A stretch of DNA of 61,937 nt, the filler included. It is 6 parts of 6 records of this genome, joined end to end, with 100 filler letters (N's around TTAATTAATTAA, not from the genome) between each part and the next. Parts side by side here need not be neighbours in the genome. Positions count along the whole stretch, not along the records: positions 51,356 to 61,937 come from SRR31156797_3979; 5 more parts are not named here. One strand, 5' to 3'. Below, in pieces: positions 60,061-61,937 of the stretch (position 1 is its first letter; each line of letters begins with the position of its first letter). Under the pieces are notes generated by a model that was not told where the DNA came from, did not search any database, and worked only from the letters and a program-made list of their open reading frames with translations. Made by a program: the position numbers and the translations under genes.

Positions 60061-60146
60061 TCACTGGTTACCGCTTACTTTTTCCTTTACATTTCCCTTA
60101 TTTTCAGTAAATTATGTTTAGCATAATAAACAATAAGGAGCGGGTC

Positions 60147-61937
60147 ATGAAAAAACGCATATTTTTTGCCATCGTTTTGTTTTTGTGTTTTTCCCTTCTT
60201 TTTTCAGCTGACTGGGATATGATATCTAAACTCACAGCTTCAGATAGAAGCTCGGATGATTACCTTGGTAAAGATGTTGCGATTTCGGGAAATTGGGCTA
60301 TTGTGGGAGCCGGAAATGAATCCCAAAGCGTGGATGAGGGGGGATCTATTCATCATGCCGGCGCTGCTTATTTTTTCCGCTTTAATGGAAGCGGATGGGT
60401 GGAAACCCAGAAGATCGTCGCTCCCGACCGAGGAGAGGATCACTATTTTGGAAAATCCGTAGATCTTTGTGGAAATTATGCAATTGTTGGTGCGCACAGA
60501 GAAGAAGTTGGCAGTGGCTATAGCGAAGGTGTTGCTTACATATATCATTATGATGGTGTTGAATGGGAAATGCAAGAACGGATCTATGCAGATGACAGGC
60601 AGTACGGTGATTACTTTGGTTCATCTGTCGCGATGACCGAAGACCATGCCGTTATTGGAGCTATTTATCAGGATTATGCAGGAGTTGCCAGCGATAGCAT
60701 CTCTCAAGCAGGTGCTGCTTACGTTTTTTCCCGCAGTGGTGAGAGCTGGGGACAAGTTGATAAATTGACCGCTCTCTACAGATCTGCGGATGCCAATTTC
60801 GGTGAAACCGTTGATATCTCCGGTACGCGCATCGTTGTGGGAGTACCTCTGGAGGATATGGATGCCGACAGTCTGGATTATGAGATGAATGCCGGAGCTG
60901 TTTATGTTTTTCATAAAAATATTTCCGGCTGGGATCTACACACAAAACTTCTGGCCTCAGATAGAAATTCCTACGATCAATTCGGTTACAGCGTCGCGAT
61001 AGACGGTACGACCATTGCTGTCGGAGCTTACATGGAAGACCATGATGCCGACGGCCTGAACAACGAACCGCAAACCGGATCGGCCTATGTTTTTGATTTC
61101 AATGGGACGGCCTGGACCGAAACCCAGAAGATCGTTGCTTCTGAACGCTGGGACTGGGATCTTTTCGGTTCCAGTATCGACATTGATGACAATATCATTG
61201 TCGTCGGCGCCAGACAGGAAGACCACGATACGTCTGCAGCTAATTACGTAGCTAATGGAGGAGCTGTATACGTCTTTGAAAAATCCGGAACATGGCAGGA
61301 AACAGAAAAGATCACGGATTATTACCGTCGTGCTGATGATGAATTTGGTGGCAAGGTATCACTTTCCGGAGATGTGCTGATCGTTGGCACTTTGGGCAAT
61401 GACCTTGATTCAGATAATCTAAATCTGATCAATGGTGCCGGAGCAGCTTTTGTATTTTCTACTGGCATAGGGGGAACCCTGGAGTCGAACATCGGAGTTT
61501 TTGCTGATACTGTTGAGATCCTTAATGGTGACAATACGCCCTCGCTAATTGATCAAACCGATTTTGGCACTATTTATGTCGATTCGGCTGCCGTTATTCA
61601 TACCTTTACCATCGAGAACAGCGGAACCGGCGATCTAATGATCGACACCCTGTATGTATATGACAGTCTCTTTGTAAACTTCACCCTGAGCACTGATTTC
61701 CCTCGTACGATCTCTCCCGGCGGATCCGATGATTTTTCGGTTTCCTTTACTCCGGAAGATTCCTTGTTCTATTGGGGTACCGTTTACATCTGGAGTAATG
61801 CCCCCGGCAACTCCCCTTACTCTTTCAAGATACAGGGACAAGGTGCAAAGGTGGAGGTTGCTATCGATAATGCAAGTATTCCCTATGAATTTGCATTATT
61901 GCCGGCTTACCCCAATCCATTTAATCCTGAAACAGTA
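60147..61937 (+). CDS. FG-GAP beta-propeller + ASH/choice-of-anchor-D + T9SS-type CTD protein, 3' truncated (absent from ORF track)
   Basis: AAGGAG then MKKRIFFAIVLFLCFSLLFS; open to window end; seven FG.SV.I....VVGA...G.AYVF repeats; TFTIENSGTGDL; ends LLPAYPNPFNPETV. Confidence 0.9.
   Translation, partial: MKKRIFFAIVLFLCFSLLFSADWDMISKLTASDRSSDDYLGKDVAISGNWAIVGAGNESQSVDEGGSIHHAGAAYFFRFNGSGWVETQKIVAPDRGEDHYFGKSVDLCGNYAIVGAHREEVGSGYSEGVAYIYHYDGVEWEMQERIYADDRQYGDYFGSSVAMTEDHAVIGAIYQDYAGVASDSISQAGAAYVFSRSGESWGQVDKLTALYRSADANFGETVDISGTRIVVGVPLEDMDADSLDYEMNAGAVYVFHKNISGWDLHTKLLASDRNSYDQFGYSVAIDGTTIAVGAYMEDHDADGLNNEPQTGSAYVFDFNGTAWTETQKIVASERWDWDLFGSSIDIDDNIIVVGARQEDHDTSAANYVANGGAVYVFEKSGTWQETEKITDYYRRADDEFGGKVSLSGDVLIVGTLGNDLDSDNLNLINGAGAAFVFSTGIGGTLESNIGVFADTVEILNGDNTPSLIDQTDFGTIYVDSAAVIHTFTIENSGTGDLMIDTLYVYDSLFVNFTLSTDFPRTISPGGSDDFSVSFTPEDSLFYWGTVYIWSNAPGNSPYSFKIQGQGAKVEVAIDNASIPYEFALLPAYPNPFNPETV

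Noticed and set aside
60240-61841. Cluster of short minus-strand ORFs
   Set aside because: Shadows of the plus-strand FG-GAP gene starting at 60147.

Overview
This window is not one locus. It is six contigs joined by 100-nt N spacers carrying TTAATTAATTAA (7068-7167, 16097-16196, 31971-32070, 42227-42326, 51256-51355), so gene neighbourhood only counts within a block. Taxonomic assignments below are inferred from gene content and composition. Block 1 (1-7067, Desulfobacterota-like): TonB receptor with an attenuator-like leader, O-methyltransferase, orphan sigma54-driven PhsA/PsrA-type molybdoenzyme, partial dacB. Block 2 (7168-16096, AT-rich Bacteroidota): partial metH, metF, pyrC and other housekeeping genes. 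Block 3 (16197-31970, Desulfobacterota-like): cytochrome b/Rieske/octaheme-TPR operon, small Cys-rich secreted protein, Omp85, HD-GYP, sigma54 activator/flavodoxin pair, pirin, rhodanese-YceI, permease plus DUF1980-fasciclin fusion, partial cheW. Block 4 (32071-42226, FCB/Marinimicrobia-like): tRNA end, mutS, REP-like elements, a patatin-lipoprotein-barrel operon. Block 5 (42327-51255, Desulfobacterota-like): GntR-controlled operon with a GMC oxidoreductase, an unknown repeat protein, two 2-hydroxyacyl-CoA dehydratase/benzoyl-CoA reductase-type subunits, two ATP-dependent activases, a stand-alone acetyl-CoA-synthase-like domain and a CooC-like ATPase. This is the best candidate for an undescribed system. 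Block 6 (51356-61937, FCB/Marinimicrobia-like): tRNA end, radical SAM, cupin-DUF438-DUF1858 operon with a Crp/Fnr-type box, and three proteins with T9SS-type C-terminal domains, one missing from the ORF track. No CRISPR array, rRNA or intact transposase was seen. All family calls are from motif recognition, not database searches.
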